DNA of 46,392 nt from Sandaracinaceae bacterium (lineage in GTDB: Bacteria; Myxococcota_A; Polyangia; Polyangiales; Sandaracinaceae), in assembly GCA_044220955.1 (NCBI GenBank), contig JBGAQA010000051.1, positions 1-46,392 of the forward strand, read 5' to 3'. Below are positions 36,800-46,392 of this stretch, one piece after another; position 1 is the stretch's first letter; each line of letters begins with the position of its first letter. The notes beneath the pieces were generated by a model that saw nothing but the letters and a program-made list of their open reading frames with translations, did no database searches and was not told the origin of the DNA. The position numbers were made by a program, and so were the translations under genes.

Positions 36800-37801
36800 T
36801 CAGCGGACCCGGACGTCCAGCGCGTAGGGCATGCAGCTAGCGCCGAACGTCGGGGCCGAGACGCGGATGAACATCAGGCCGTCGGCGTTGGCGAGGAAGC
36901 CGCAGTCGGTCGGGAGGTCCACGTTCTCCTCCGCGATGCCCGTGTGCGAGCTGATGCATCCGCGGCCGATCATGTTGTTCTGCGTGCCGACCGAGCAGGC
37001 CGAGGCGTCGCCGCCGCCGTCGCACACGTACCAGACGCCGAGGTCGAAGTCGCTGCCGGTCGGGATGTTGTAGAGACGCACCGTGAGGTGCGGGTTGCCG
37101 CCGTCGAACGCGTCGACGACGTGAAAGCGGATCCAGTCCACGTCACCTTCGTGATCGATCGTGAAGTCGCTCAGGGTGACGTTCGGGTCGGCGGAGTCCG
37201 TGAGCTCGGGCTCGGGCGTCGCGACGGCGTTGCTGTCGTTGTTCTCGTGCGTGTCGGGCGGACAGCCGCAGGTGCCGGAGAGGCACATCGCCCCCGGAGA
37301 GCACATCCCGCAGTCGAGCGGGGCGCCGCAGCCGTCGTCGGGCGAGCCGCACTCGTAGCCCATGGCAAGGCACGTCGTGGGCGCGCACGTGCAGGTGTCG
37401 CCGACCCGGTGAAAGGGCAGGGGGCAGCTGAAGTCGCACGCCCCGCCGCTCGTGCACGCGGCGACACCCATCGTCGGCGTCGGGCACGCCTCACCGCAGC
37501 CGAAGCGGCAGCCGTTGGCGGGGTCGTTCGGCTGGTCGGTGATGCAGCCCGCCCCGCAGGCGTGCTGGCCGCCGGGGCACGCGACCGAGCCGTCGCGGCC
37601 GACCGGGCCGGCGTCGCGGCGGGGCCCGCCGTCCGTTCGGGGGCCGGAGTCGTTCGGAGGCCCGGTGTCCCCCGCGCCGCCGTCGACCCGTCCTGCGTCC
37701 GTCCCGGGCCCCGGCCCGGGATCCGCGCTCGCGCAGCCGAAGGGCCCCATCACCAGGCACGCGAACACGGCCGAGAGGCCGAGCACCTCACGCGAAGTCA
37801 T
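36800..37801 (-). CDS. Cys-rich secreted lipoprotein with PPC-like C-terminal domain
   Basis: PFGC lipobox-like sequence, DAG/DGG linker, many Cys, 'DTHENND...A', DVDW, DFDL. Confidence 0.72.
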   Translation of the reverse strand: MTSREVLGLSAVFACLVMGPFGCASADPGPGPGTDAGRVDGGAGDTGPPNDSGPRTDGGPRRDAGPVGRDGSVACPGGQHACGAGCITDQPNDPANGCRFGCGEACPTPTMGVAACTSGGACDFSCPLPFHRVGDTCTCAPTTCLAMGYECGSPDDGCGAPLDCGMCSPGAMCLSGTCGCPPDTHENNDSNAVATPEPELTDSADPNVTLSDFTIDHEGDVDWIRFHVVDAFDGGNPHLTVRLYNIPTGSDFDLGVWYVCDGGGDASACSVGTQNNMIGRGCISSHTGIAEENVDLPTDCGFLANADGLMFIRVSAPTFGASCMPYALDVRVR

Positions 37802-37869
37802 CGAGTCAACGTCTCACGCGCTCGTCGCGTCGGCAAGCCAACGCGAGGCCCCGAGCGTCGTCTCCGTCT

Positions 37870-38679
37870 TCAGTGGATGGGCGGTGGGTAGCTCGGGATC
37901 GCCGTGGCGCTCCACGAGAGGCTCGCGCCCGCCGGCCCGTGGCCGGTCCCCGAGAGGTGCGTCAGGTCCGCGGGCGAGATGGTCCCGCTCAGCTCGGTGG
38001 CGTGGTCGTCGAACCAGAAGCGTACCGTGGTGCCTTGCTGCTCCCACCCGTCGTCGTCGGGCGTCGTGTCGCTCGGGTTGTTGCTGATCAGCGCACCTCC
38101 GTCGCCGAACTGCAGCTCGTACTCCGTGGCGCCCACCGAGACGGTCCAGCGGGTGCCCGCCACGTCGAAGCAGCCCGGCTCGTCTCCGTCGGTCACCACG
38201 GCCTCGTTCGAGGGGCAGGAGCCGCCCTCGTGCACGCGGTCGCCCCGGAAGGCCCAGGTGTCGCCGCGCACGTTGACGGCCTCGCCGATCATCAGCGTCC
38301 CGTTGTGCAGCGTGGCCCGGTACTCGACATATCGGTTCTGCAGGAAGATCCGCAGCTCGTCGTTCTCGACGAACCACTCGTCGGTGGCGGGGGTGGCGTT
38401 CGGCACGTCCGTCGCGCGCACCCGGCCGGCGGCCATCAGCTCGACGTCGAAGGTGTAGCTCCCGCCCGGGGCGTCGGCGACGAAGCGCCAGTGGCTGCCG
38501 ACCGGGCTCCAGCACACGGTCGGCGCGAGGCGGACCTGCGCGGGATCCTCGCACGAGGTGTACGCCGGGCGCTCCCGGGAGTGAGGCGTCGTGGTACCGC
38601 CGGCACCGGTCGTGGTGCCGCCGCAGGCGACGAGAGTGACGGAGGCGAGGGCGAGGGCGATCAGGGCGCGACCGGACAT
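37870..38679 (-). CDS. Hypothetical lipoprotein with two homologous beta-rich repeats
   Basis: LVAC lipobox. Repeat 1 'CWSPVGSHW...TPATDEW'; repeat 2 'CFDVAGTRW...TPDDDGW'. Confidence 0.75.
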   Translation of the reverse strand: MSGRALIALALASVTLVACGGTTTGAGGTTTPHSRERPAYTSCEDPAQVRLAPTVCWSPVGSHWRFVADAPGGSYTFDVELMAAGRVRATDVPNATPATDEWFVENDELRIFLQNRYVEYRATLHNGTLMIGEAVNVRGDTWAFRGDRVHEGGSCPSNEAVVTDGDEPGCFDVAGTRWTVSVGATEYELQFGDGGALISNNPSDTTPDDDGWEQQGTTVRFWFDDHATELSGTISPADLTHLSGTGHGPAGASLSWSATAIPSYPPPIH

Positions 38680-38759
38680 GCGCGCCGATGCTAGCCGACC
38701 CACCGGGCACACGCGAGGCCGCTTGCGGCGCCGGTGCCTGCACGTGTACACGCTGAGCC

Positions 38760-39782
38760 ATGCCCGCACGAAAGAAGCCGGACGACGGATCGCCCGCGGC
38801 GCCCAAGAAGACCCGCCCGGCTGCGGCGGACAGGAAGAAGGCCGCGCCTCGCAAGCCGAAGAAGCCGACGATCGAGCCGGTGGGCATCGCGGCGGCCGAG
38901 CTCCCCATCGGGACGGACGATCCGGCGCTCGCGGGCATGATGAAGGCGGTGGCCGGCGCCGGCGGTGCGGCGATCGGGGCGTGGCGCGATCCGCTGGGGG
39001 GCCACCCGCTCTTGCTCGCGGCGCTGCCGATCGAGCAGGTCGCGCCGACGCCGTTCCAGCGCGACGTGTCGCCGGCGCACGTGAAGAAGCTCGCGTTCGC
39101 GATCGGCAAGACGCGACGCTTCCTCGATCCGATCATCGTGATGCTCGGGGAGGACGGGAAGTTCCTCACGCCCAACGGCAATCACCGCCTGACCGTGATG
39201 CGCGAGCTGGGGGCCAAGTCGATCGTCGGGCTGCTCGTGCCCGAGCGACGCGTGGGCTACCAGATCCTCGCGCTCAACATCGAGAAGGCCCACAACCTCC
39301 GCGAGCGCGCGATCGAGGTGCGGCGGCTCGTGGTGGATCTCGCGACCTGGGCGAGCGGCGGCGAGAAGGACTTCGAGGTCGAGCTGGACGAGCCGGGCCT
39401 CGTGACCATCGGCTTCGCCTACGAGGGCAAGCCGCGCCTCTCGGGCGGCGCGTACATGAGCGTGCTGAAGAAGGTCGACTCCTGGATCGACGGAACGCTG
39501 GCGGAGGCCATCGAGGAGCGTCGGCGCCGCGCCGCGCTCGTCCTCACGCTCGACGAGGTGGTCGACGGCGCCATCGCGCGCCTGAAGGAGGCGGGCCTGA
39601 CGAGCCCCTACCTGCGCGCGTTCGTCGTCGGGCGGATCAACCCGCTTCGCTTCATCAAGGGCGACCCGCCGAGCCTCGACGAGCTGATGGCGACGATGAC
39701 CAAGCGGGCGTCGGGGCTCGACGCGAGCAAGATCAAGGGCACCGACATCGCCGCGAGCGGCGGCGTGCCCGACGAGGAGTGA
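38760..39782 (+). CDS. Orphan ParB/Srx N-terminal domain protein
   Basis: PTPFQRD, FLDPIIV, NGNHRL, ILALNIE. Lys/Pro-rich N-terminal tail. Confidence 0.82.
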   Translation: MPARKKPDDGSPAAPKKTRPAAADRKKAAPRKPKKPTIEPVGIAAAELPIGTDDPALAGMMKAVAGAGGAAIGAWRDPLGGHPLLLAALPIEQVAPTPFQRDVSPAHVKKLAFAIGKTRRFLDPIIVMLGEDGKFLTPNGNHRLTVMRELGAKSIVGLLVPERRVGYQILALNIEKAHNLRERAIEVRRLVVDLATWASGGEKDFEVELDEPGLVTIGFAYEGKPRLSGGAYMSVLKKVDSWIDGTLAEAIEERRRRAALVLTLDEVVDGAIARLKEAGLTSPYLRAFVVGRINPLRFIKGDPPSLDELMATMTKRASGLDASKIKGTDIAASGGVPDEE

Positions 39783-39790
39783 CCCGAGAG

Positions 39791-39822
39791 CCCTCTCCCC
39801 GTCGGCGGGAGAGGGGTGAGGG
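39791..39822. repeat. REP-like hairpin CCCTCTCCC-N7-GGGAGAGGG-GTGAGGG between convergent genes (possible terminator)
   Basis: Perfect 9-bp inverted repeat at 39791-39799 / 39807-39815, followed by GTGAGGG. Confidence 0.7.
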
Positions 39823-41997
39823 CTAGACCCGCGCGACGGGCTCGGAGCGTTCCGTCGTCACCACGGCCTCGACCGTGACGCTCACCCCGCTGAAGCCCGC
39901 CGTGCCCGTGAGACGATCGAGGAAGCCCTCGTCGGTCACGTCGTTGGCGCTGACGCCCGCGTGCTCGCGCGCGACGCCGAGGCGCGTGCCCTCGCGATGA
40001 TGGCCGTAGCCGTGAGGCAGGCTCACGACGCCGGGCATCATCTCGTCGGTCACCTCGACGCGGACCTGGACACTCCCGACCCGCGAGCGCACGCGGACCT
40101 CGGCTCCGTCCTCGATGCCGAGCGCGCGGGCGTCCGCCGGGTGGATGCGGAGCGCGCAGCGCGCGGGCCCCTTCACCATGCGCTGCGCGTTGTGGAGCCA
40201 GCTGTTGTTCGAGCGCAGCTCGCGCCGGCCCACGAACACGAGCCCGCGCGCGCCGGCCGGACGACCGAGCTCGCCGCGCAGGTGCTCCACCTCGCCCGCG
40301 AGGAGCGAGGTCACGAGGTGCACCTTCCGATCGCGCGTGTGGAGCGCCGCCGGGAGGTGGCCCGGCGTGAGCGGCCCGAGGTCCACGCCGTGCGGCGAGC
40401 GTCGCAGCTTGGCGAGCGAGAGGCCCGCGCGTCCTCGGCGCAGGCCCCAGGGACCCGCGCGCAGCGCCGCCTCGAGGACGGGCTCGGGCCCGAGCATCGC
40501 CGCCGCGCGCGCAGCACGCCTGAGCGGCGCGGGCACGAGCAAGCGGGTCGAGAGGTGCGCGAAGATCTCCCAGTCGTGCCGCTCGTCCTGGCCGCGCGGC
40601 AGCACCGGCGGCACGTACTTCGCGAAGTTGCGCACGGCGAACGAGGTGAGCGCGAGGTCGTAGTGCGAGCGCTGCAGCGGTGACACCGGCGGCAGGATCA
40701 CGTTCGCGTGGCGCGTCGTCTCGTTGAGGAACGCGTCGACCGACACCATGAACTCGAGGCGCGGCAGCGCCCGCTCGAGGCGCGGCCCGTTCGGCGCGGA
40801 GAGGGCGGGGTTACCGGCGATCGTGAGCAGCGCGCGCGGCGCGCCGGGGCCCGGGGCCTCGATCTCCTCGGCCAGCGCCGCGATGGGGAGCTCGCCCGCG
40901 ACCTCCGGCAGCCCGCGCACGCGGCTGCTCCAGCGGCCGTAGCCCCGGGCCATCCCCAGCGTCTCGAGCACGGCGAGGAGATCGACCGCGGGCGTCGTGA
41001 ACATCACGCCGCCGATCTCGTCGAGACGGCCGGTCACGACGTTGAGCGCCTGGAGCAGCCAGGACGCGGTCGTCCCGTGCTCCTGGGTGCACATCCCGAC
41101 GCGGCCGTACGCGGCCGCGCGCGGAGCGCTGGCGAGCTCCCGGGCCAGGCGAGCGATCGTCTCGGCGGACACGCCCGTGAGCGGCGCGACGCGCGCGGGC
41201 TCGAACGGGCCGACGAGGGCCCGCAGCGCGTCGAGCCCGACGAGCCAGGGGGCGAGCCGCCCGGGCCGCGCGCGGTCCTCGGCGAAGATCACGTGCAACA
41301 TCCCGAGGAGCAGCAGCGCATCGGTCCCCGGCCGCACGAACACGTGCTCGCTCGCGACCTCCGCGGTCTCGGAGCGCCGGGGGTCGATCACGACGACCTT
41401 GCCGCCGCGCTCGCGGATCGCGCGCAGACGGCGCTTCATGTCGGGCGCCGTCATCAACGAGCCGTTCGAGACGAGCGGGTTCGCGCCGAGCACGAGGAAG
41501 TGGTCGGTGCGGTCCACGTCCGGGACGGGCACGAGCCCGAGGTGCCCGAACATCTCCTGCGCCGCGAGCATCTGCGGCATCTGATCGGCCGTGCTCGCCG
41601 AGTAGAGGTTCTTCGTCCGCACGAGGCGAGTGAGGGGCAGAGCGTGCGTGAGCAGGCCGAAGTTGTGCGCGACGGGGTTGCCGTAATAGACGGCGAGCGC
41701 GTCCCGTCCGTGCGCGTCGCGGATGCGCGCGAGCCCGTCCCCGGCGAGGCGCAGGGCCTCGTCCCAGCGCGCCTCGCGGAACCTCCCGACCGCGCCGTCG
41801 CGCACCAGCGGCCGCCGCAGCCGGTCGGGGTCGTGGTGCAGGTCCGCCATCGCCGCCGCCTTCGGGCAGATGAAGCCGCGGCTCATCGGGTCGTCGTCGT
41901 CGCCGCGGATCCCGCTGACGCGATCGCCCTCGGTCGAGACCACGATGCCGCACGCCGCCTCGCAGAGCGTGCACGTCGCGACGTGCTGGGTGGCCAT
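39823..41997 (-). CDS. Molybdopterin (bis-MGD) oxidoreductase, stand-alone catalytic subunit
   Basis: CTLCEAAC...ICPK [4Fe-4S], GANPLVSNGS, IDPRRSET, VRPGTD, NETTRHA, C-terminal SNNSWLHN...IHPADA. Confidence 0.92.
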   Translation of the reverse strand: MATQHVATCTLCEAACGIVVSTEGDRVSGIRGDDDDPMSRGFICPKAAAMADLHHDPDRLRRPLVRDGAVGRFREARWDEALRLAGDGLARIRDAHGRDALAVYYGNPVAHNFGLLTHALPLTRLVRTKNLYSASTADQMPQMLAAQEMFGHLGLVPVPDVDRTDHFLVLGANPLVSNGSLMTAPDMKRRLRAIRERGGKVVVIDPRRSETAEVASEHVFVRPGTDALLLLGMLHVIFAEDRARPGRLAPWLVGLDALRALVGPFEPARVAPLTGVSAETIARLARELASAPRAAAYGRVGMCTQEHGTTASWLLQALNVVTGRLDEIGGVMFTTPAVDLLAVLETLGMARGYGRWSSRVRGLPEVAGELPIAALAEEIEAPGPGAPRALLTIAGNPALSAPNGPRLERALPRLEFMVSVDAFLNETTRHANVILPPVSPLQRSHYDLALTSFAVRNFAKYVPPVLPRGQDERHDWEIFAHLSTRLLVPAPLRRAARAAAMLGPEPVLEAALRAGPWGLRRGRAGLSLAKLRRSPHGVDLGPLTPGHLPAALHTRDRKVHLVTSLLAGEVEHLRGELGRPAGARGLVFVGRRELRSNNSWLHNAQRMVKGPARCALRIHPADARALGIEDGAEVRVRSRVGSVQVRVEVTDEMMPGVVSLPHGYGHHREGTRLGVAREHAGVSANDVTDEGFLDRLTGTAGFSGVSVTVEAVVTTERSEPVARV

Positions 41998-42092
41998 CGG
42001 ACGACGGTACCACGCGCGTCCTCGGGCCACGGCGCCGGTCACGATCCCGGCGGCGCCCGCGACCCGATCGCGTCAGGCTGCATCGGCTCGCG

Positions 42093-43559
42093 ATGCCCTT
42101 CGCCTTCGACACCACCTATGCGCGCCTGCCGGAACGCTTCTTCCGGCGCGTCTCCGGGGCTCCCGCGCCTCAGCCTCGACTCCTCGCGCTCAACGAGCCG
42201 CTCGCGCGCCTGCTCGGGGTCGACCCCGAGGCGCTGCGCACGCCCGAGAGCGTGGCGCGCCTCGCCGGCCACGGCGCGTTCGAGGGCAGCGAGCCGATCG
42301 CGCTCGCCTACGCGGGGCACCAGTTCGGCGGCTTCTCGCCGCAGCTCGGCGACGGGCGTGCGCTCCTGCTCGGCGAGGTCGTCGGCAGGGACGGGGTGCG
42401 GCGCGACGTGCAGCTCAAGGGGTCCGGGCCGACGCCGTTCTCGCGCGGCGGCGACGGGCGCGCCGCGCTCGGGCCGGTGCTCCGCGAGCACGTGGTCGCC
42501 GAGGCGATGCACGCGCTCGGGGTCCCGACCACGCGCTCGCTCGCGGCGATCGCGACGGGCCAGCCGGTGCTGCGCGAGCGTGCGCTACCGGGCGCGGTGC
42601 TGGTCCGCGTGGCGCGCAGTCACCTGCGCGTGGGCACGTTCGAGTACTTCTCCGCGCGCGGCGACCGCGAGGGCCTCGGCCGGCTCATCGGCTACGCGAT
42701 CGAGCGGCACTACCCGACGTGCGCGGAGGCGGCGCGTCCAGCGCTCGCGCTGCTCGGCGCGGTCGTCGACGCGCAGGCGGCGCTCGTCGCCCGCTGGATG
42801 GGCGTGGGGTTCGTGCACGGCGTGATGAACACGGACAACACGTCCATCGCCGCCGAGACGCTCGACTACGGCCCCTGCGCGTTCCTCGACGCCTACCACC
42901 CCGGTCGCGTCTTCTCCTCGATCGACGAGGGCGGGCGCTACGCGTTCGGTGCCCAGCCGCGCATCGCGCTCTGGAACCTCGCCCGGCTCGGCGAGGCGCT
43001 GCTCGACGCGATCGATCCCGACGAGAACGAGGCGGTGCGCCTCGCGACCGAGGTGCTCGATCACTTCCCGTCGCGCTTCGAGGCAGCGTACGGGCAGGTG
43101 ATGGCGGACAAGCTCGGCCTGGCCGCGGGCGACGAGGCCAGCGCGCTGGCCGCGCGCCTGCTCGAGCACATGGCGGAGGCGCGGGCCGACTTCACGCGTA
43201 CGTTCCGCGCGCTCGCGGCCTGCGTCGACGACGCCGCGGCCCGCCAGGCGCTCGCCACGGCGCTCGGCGGGACGGAGGGGGCGCGGGCGTGGGTGTCGGA
43301 GTGGAGCGCCGGCCTCGGCGACGATCTCGCCGAGCGGCGAGAGAGCGCCGCGCGCATCCGCGCCGCGAGCCCCGCGCTCGTCCCGCGCAACCACCGGGTC
43401 GAGGAGATGATCGCCGCCGCGACCGAGGGCGACCTCGGGCCGCTCGAGCGCCTCTCGCGCGCGCTCGCGCGGCCCTACGACGAGCAGCCCGAGCACGCCG
43501 ACCTCGCCGAGCCCCCGGGCTCCGAGCAGTGGCGCTACCGCACGTTCTGCGGGACCTGA
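42093..43559 (+). CDS. selO: Protein adenylyltransferase SelO (YdiU)
   Basis: YAGHQFG, LGDGRA, QLKGSG, HGVMNTDN, DYGP, PRNH, C-terminal TFCGT. Confidence 0.95.
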   Translation: MPFAFDTTYARLPERFFRRVSGAPAPQPRLLALNEPLARLLGVDPEALRTPESVARLAGHGAFEGSEPIALAYAGHQFGGFSPQLGDGRALLLGEVVGRDGVRRDVQLKGSGPTPFSRGGDGRAALGPVLREHVVAEAMHALGVPTTRSLAAIATGQPVLRERALPGAVLVRVARSHLRVGTFEYFSARGDREGLGRLIGYAIERHYPTCAEAARPALALLGAVVDAQAALVARWMGVGFVHGVMNTDNTSIAAETLDYGPCAFLDAYHPGRVFSSIDEGGRYAFGAQPRIALWNLARLGEALLDAIDPDENEAVRLATEVLDHFPSRFEAAYGQVMADKLGLAAGDEASALAARLLEHMAEARADFTRTFRALAACVDDAAARQALATALGGTEGARAWVSEWSAGLGDDLAERRESAARIRAASPALVPRNHRVEEMIAAATEGDLGPLERLSRALARPYDEQPEHADLAEPPGSEQWRYRTFCGT

Positions 43560-43571
43560 CCGGCGCGACGA

Positions 43572-45041
<1,470 letters not shown>

Positions 45042-45134
45042 CGGTCGCGCTTGTAACGCCGCGAGCGGCGAACGTCCAGACGCCCCGCCGCGCGAGCGCA
45101 CGGGCCGCCGCAGCCGTATTACTCTCGCCGCGCC

Positions 45135-46220
45135 TTGCGCGTCGCAATCCCGCTCTGTCTCGCGCTCTTGCTCACCACCAGCGACGCGTCCGCGCATCGC
45201 GGGAGTGCGACCTACCTGATCGTGGAGCCGACCGAGGAGGGCGCGAGCGTCACCGCCGATCTCGAGATCGTCGACGCCGCGATGGAGCTCGGGATGGGCG
45301 AGGACGCCGATCACGACGCCGTGCTCGCCGAGGACGAGCGCCTCCACGCGTGGCTGCGCGCCGGCATCTGGCTCGAGGGGCAGGGCGGCCGCTGCGAGCC
45401 GTCGCTGGGGGAGATCACGCGCGCGACGAGCGAGGACGCGCCCCGGCTGGAGGTCGTGATCGTCTACCGCTGCCCCGCGCCGCGCGGCGCGCTGACGCTG
45501 CACGACGACACGATCTTCGCGAGCGACGCGCAGCACGAGACCTTCGTGCGCGAGCGATTCGGCACGGGCACCGAGACGCGCGTGCTCAGGGTCGGGCGCC
45601 AGACCGCGCCGCTCGGCGAGCCGGCCTCGATGGCCACGCTGCTCGGCCAGTTCGCGTGGGAGGGCGTGATGCACCTGCTCACGGGCTACGACCACCTCCT
45701 CTTCCTGCTCTCGCTGCTGCTCACCACCGGGGAACTCGCGGCCAAGCGTGGGCACCGCGCGGCGCTGCGCGACATCGCCTTCGTCGTCACCGCGTTCACC
45801 GTCGGGCACAGCGTGACCTTGATCATCGCGGCGATGGGCGTGCTGGTGCTGCCGGCGCGCCTGGTCGAGAGCGTCATCGCGGGCTCGATCGTGGTCGTCG
45901 CGCTGATCAACATCGTGCGCCCCGAGTCACGCAAGCAGATGCCCTGGCTCGCGCTCGGCTTCGGGCTCATCCACGGCTTCGGCTTCTCCAGCGTGCTCGC
46001 CGATCTCGGCCTGCCCTCGCGGGCGCGCGTGCTCTCGCTGCTCTCGTTCAACGTCGGGATCGAGCTCGCGCAGCTCGGCTGTGTCTTGCTCGCGATCGGC
46101 CCGCTCGAGTGGATGGCCCGCCAGAAGGGCTACCGCGCCTGGGTCGTCCGCGGCGGCTCGGCCTGCATCGCGCTCCTCGCGGCGTTCTGGATGATCGAGC
46201 GCGCGCTCGGGCTGGGGTGA
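45135..46220 (+). CDS. HupE/UreJ family membrane protein with N-terminal exported domain
   Basis: Signal peptide ending [40 protein letters not shown]. Confidence 0.9.
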   Translation: MRVAIPLCLALLLTTSDASAHRGSATYLIVEPTEEGASVTADLEIVDAAMELGMGEDADHDAVLAEDERLHAWLRAGIWLEGQGGRCEPSLGEITRATSEDAPRLEVVIVYRCPAPRGALTLHDDTIFASDAQHETFVRERFGTGTETRVLRVGRQTAPLGEPASMATLLGQFAWEGVMHLLTGYDHLLFLLSLLLTTGELAAKRGHRAALRDIAFVVTAFTVGHSVTLIIAAMGVLVLPARLVESVIAGSIVVVALINIVRPESRKQMPWLALGFGLIHGFGFSSVLADLGLPSRARVLSLLSFNVGIELAQLGCVLLAIGPLEWMARQKGYRAWVVRGGSACIALLAAFWMIERALGLG

Positions 46221-46271
46221 CGGAGGAGGCCTCGCTTGACGCGCGGAGGCGTGCGGGTGTTGGATTGTAGT

Positions 46272-46392
46272 ATGGCACGCACGCACGCACGCACGCACGC
46301 TGGTCGTCTGCACGCTCGCCGCGACCCCACTGGCGCTGACGGGCTGCCCGGGCACATTCAGCGCGCTGCCGGAGCAGGTATCGCCACTCGAC
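46272..46392 (+). CDS. 5' end of a lipoprotein gene, frameshifted within a (GCAC)n tract; runs off the window
   Basis: The frame from 46300 reads LVVCTLAATPLALTGC-PGTFSALPEQVSPLD (LTGC lipobox) but is +1 relative to ATG 46272. Confidence 0.6.
   Translation, partial: MARTHARTHAGRLHARRDPTGADGLPGHIQRAAGAGIATR
46275..46300. repeat. Tetranucleotide microsatellite (GCAC)6-GC
   Basis: Six perfect units directly after ATG 46272. Confidence 0.95.

Noticed and set aside
43500..43559. Selenocysteine read-through in selO
   Set aside because: The C-terminus is the Cys-type TFCGT followed by a normal stop. No SECIS evident.
46236..46273. TTGACG and TAGTAT as a sigma70 promoter pair
   Set aside because: The 26-nt spacing is too long, and TAGTAT overlaps the ATG.

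Overview
Very GC-rich (roughly 70-75%), densely coding bacterial chromosome segment. The gene content (PilD, MshEN/GspE-N protein, short OPX protein, Cys-rich lipoproteins, HARE-HTH protein) suggests Myxococcota, probably Polyangia; this is inference. About 40 CDSs, mostly core or housekeeping: pilD, proB, cysH, methylmalonyl-CoA mutase mutA/mutB-meaB, hutI, acyl-CoA synthetase, UDP-sugar dehydrogenase and epimerase, mepA, feoAB with a Fur box, REC-GAF-HD-GYP, a molybdopterin oxidoreductase, selO, purF and HupE/UreJ. I saw no rRNA, tRNA, CRISPR, IS or phage features. Most notable: (1) an intact 748-aa P1B-ATPase homologue lacking almost all catalytic and metal-transport motifs but keeping a Cys-bearing YHS/TRASH domain; (2) a HARE-HTH + apparently inactive Mrr-like protein with RD-dipeptide, poly-Arg and acidic disordered tracts and a structured 5' leader; (3) a (GCAC)6 microsatellite that puts a lipoprotein signal peptide out of frame with its ATG (candidate phase variation); (4) a recurring TAnnnT + 6-9 nt + start codon pattern suggesting leaderless mRNAs; (5) further apparent pseudoenzymes (TPR-zincin, RNase HII-like, atypical receiver) and an orphan ParB-fold protein. 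All calls come from reading motifs by eye; no searches were run, and start codons are best estimates.
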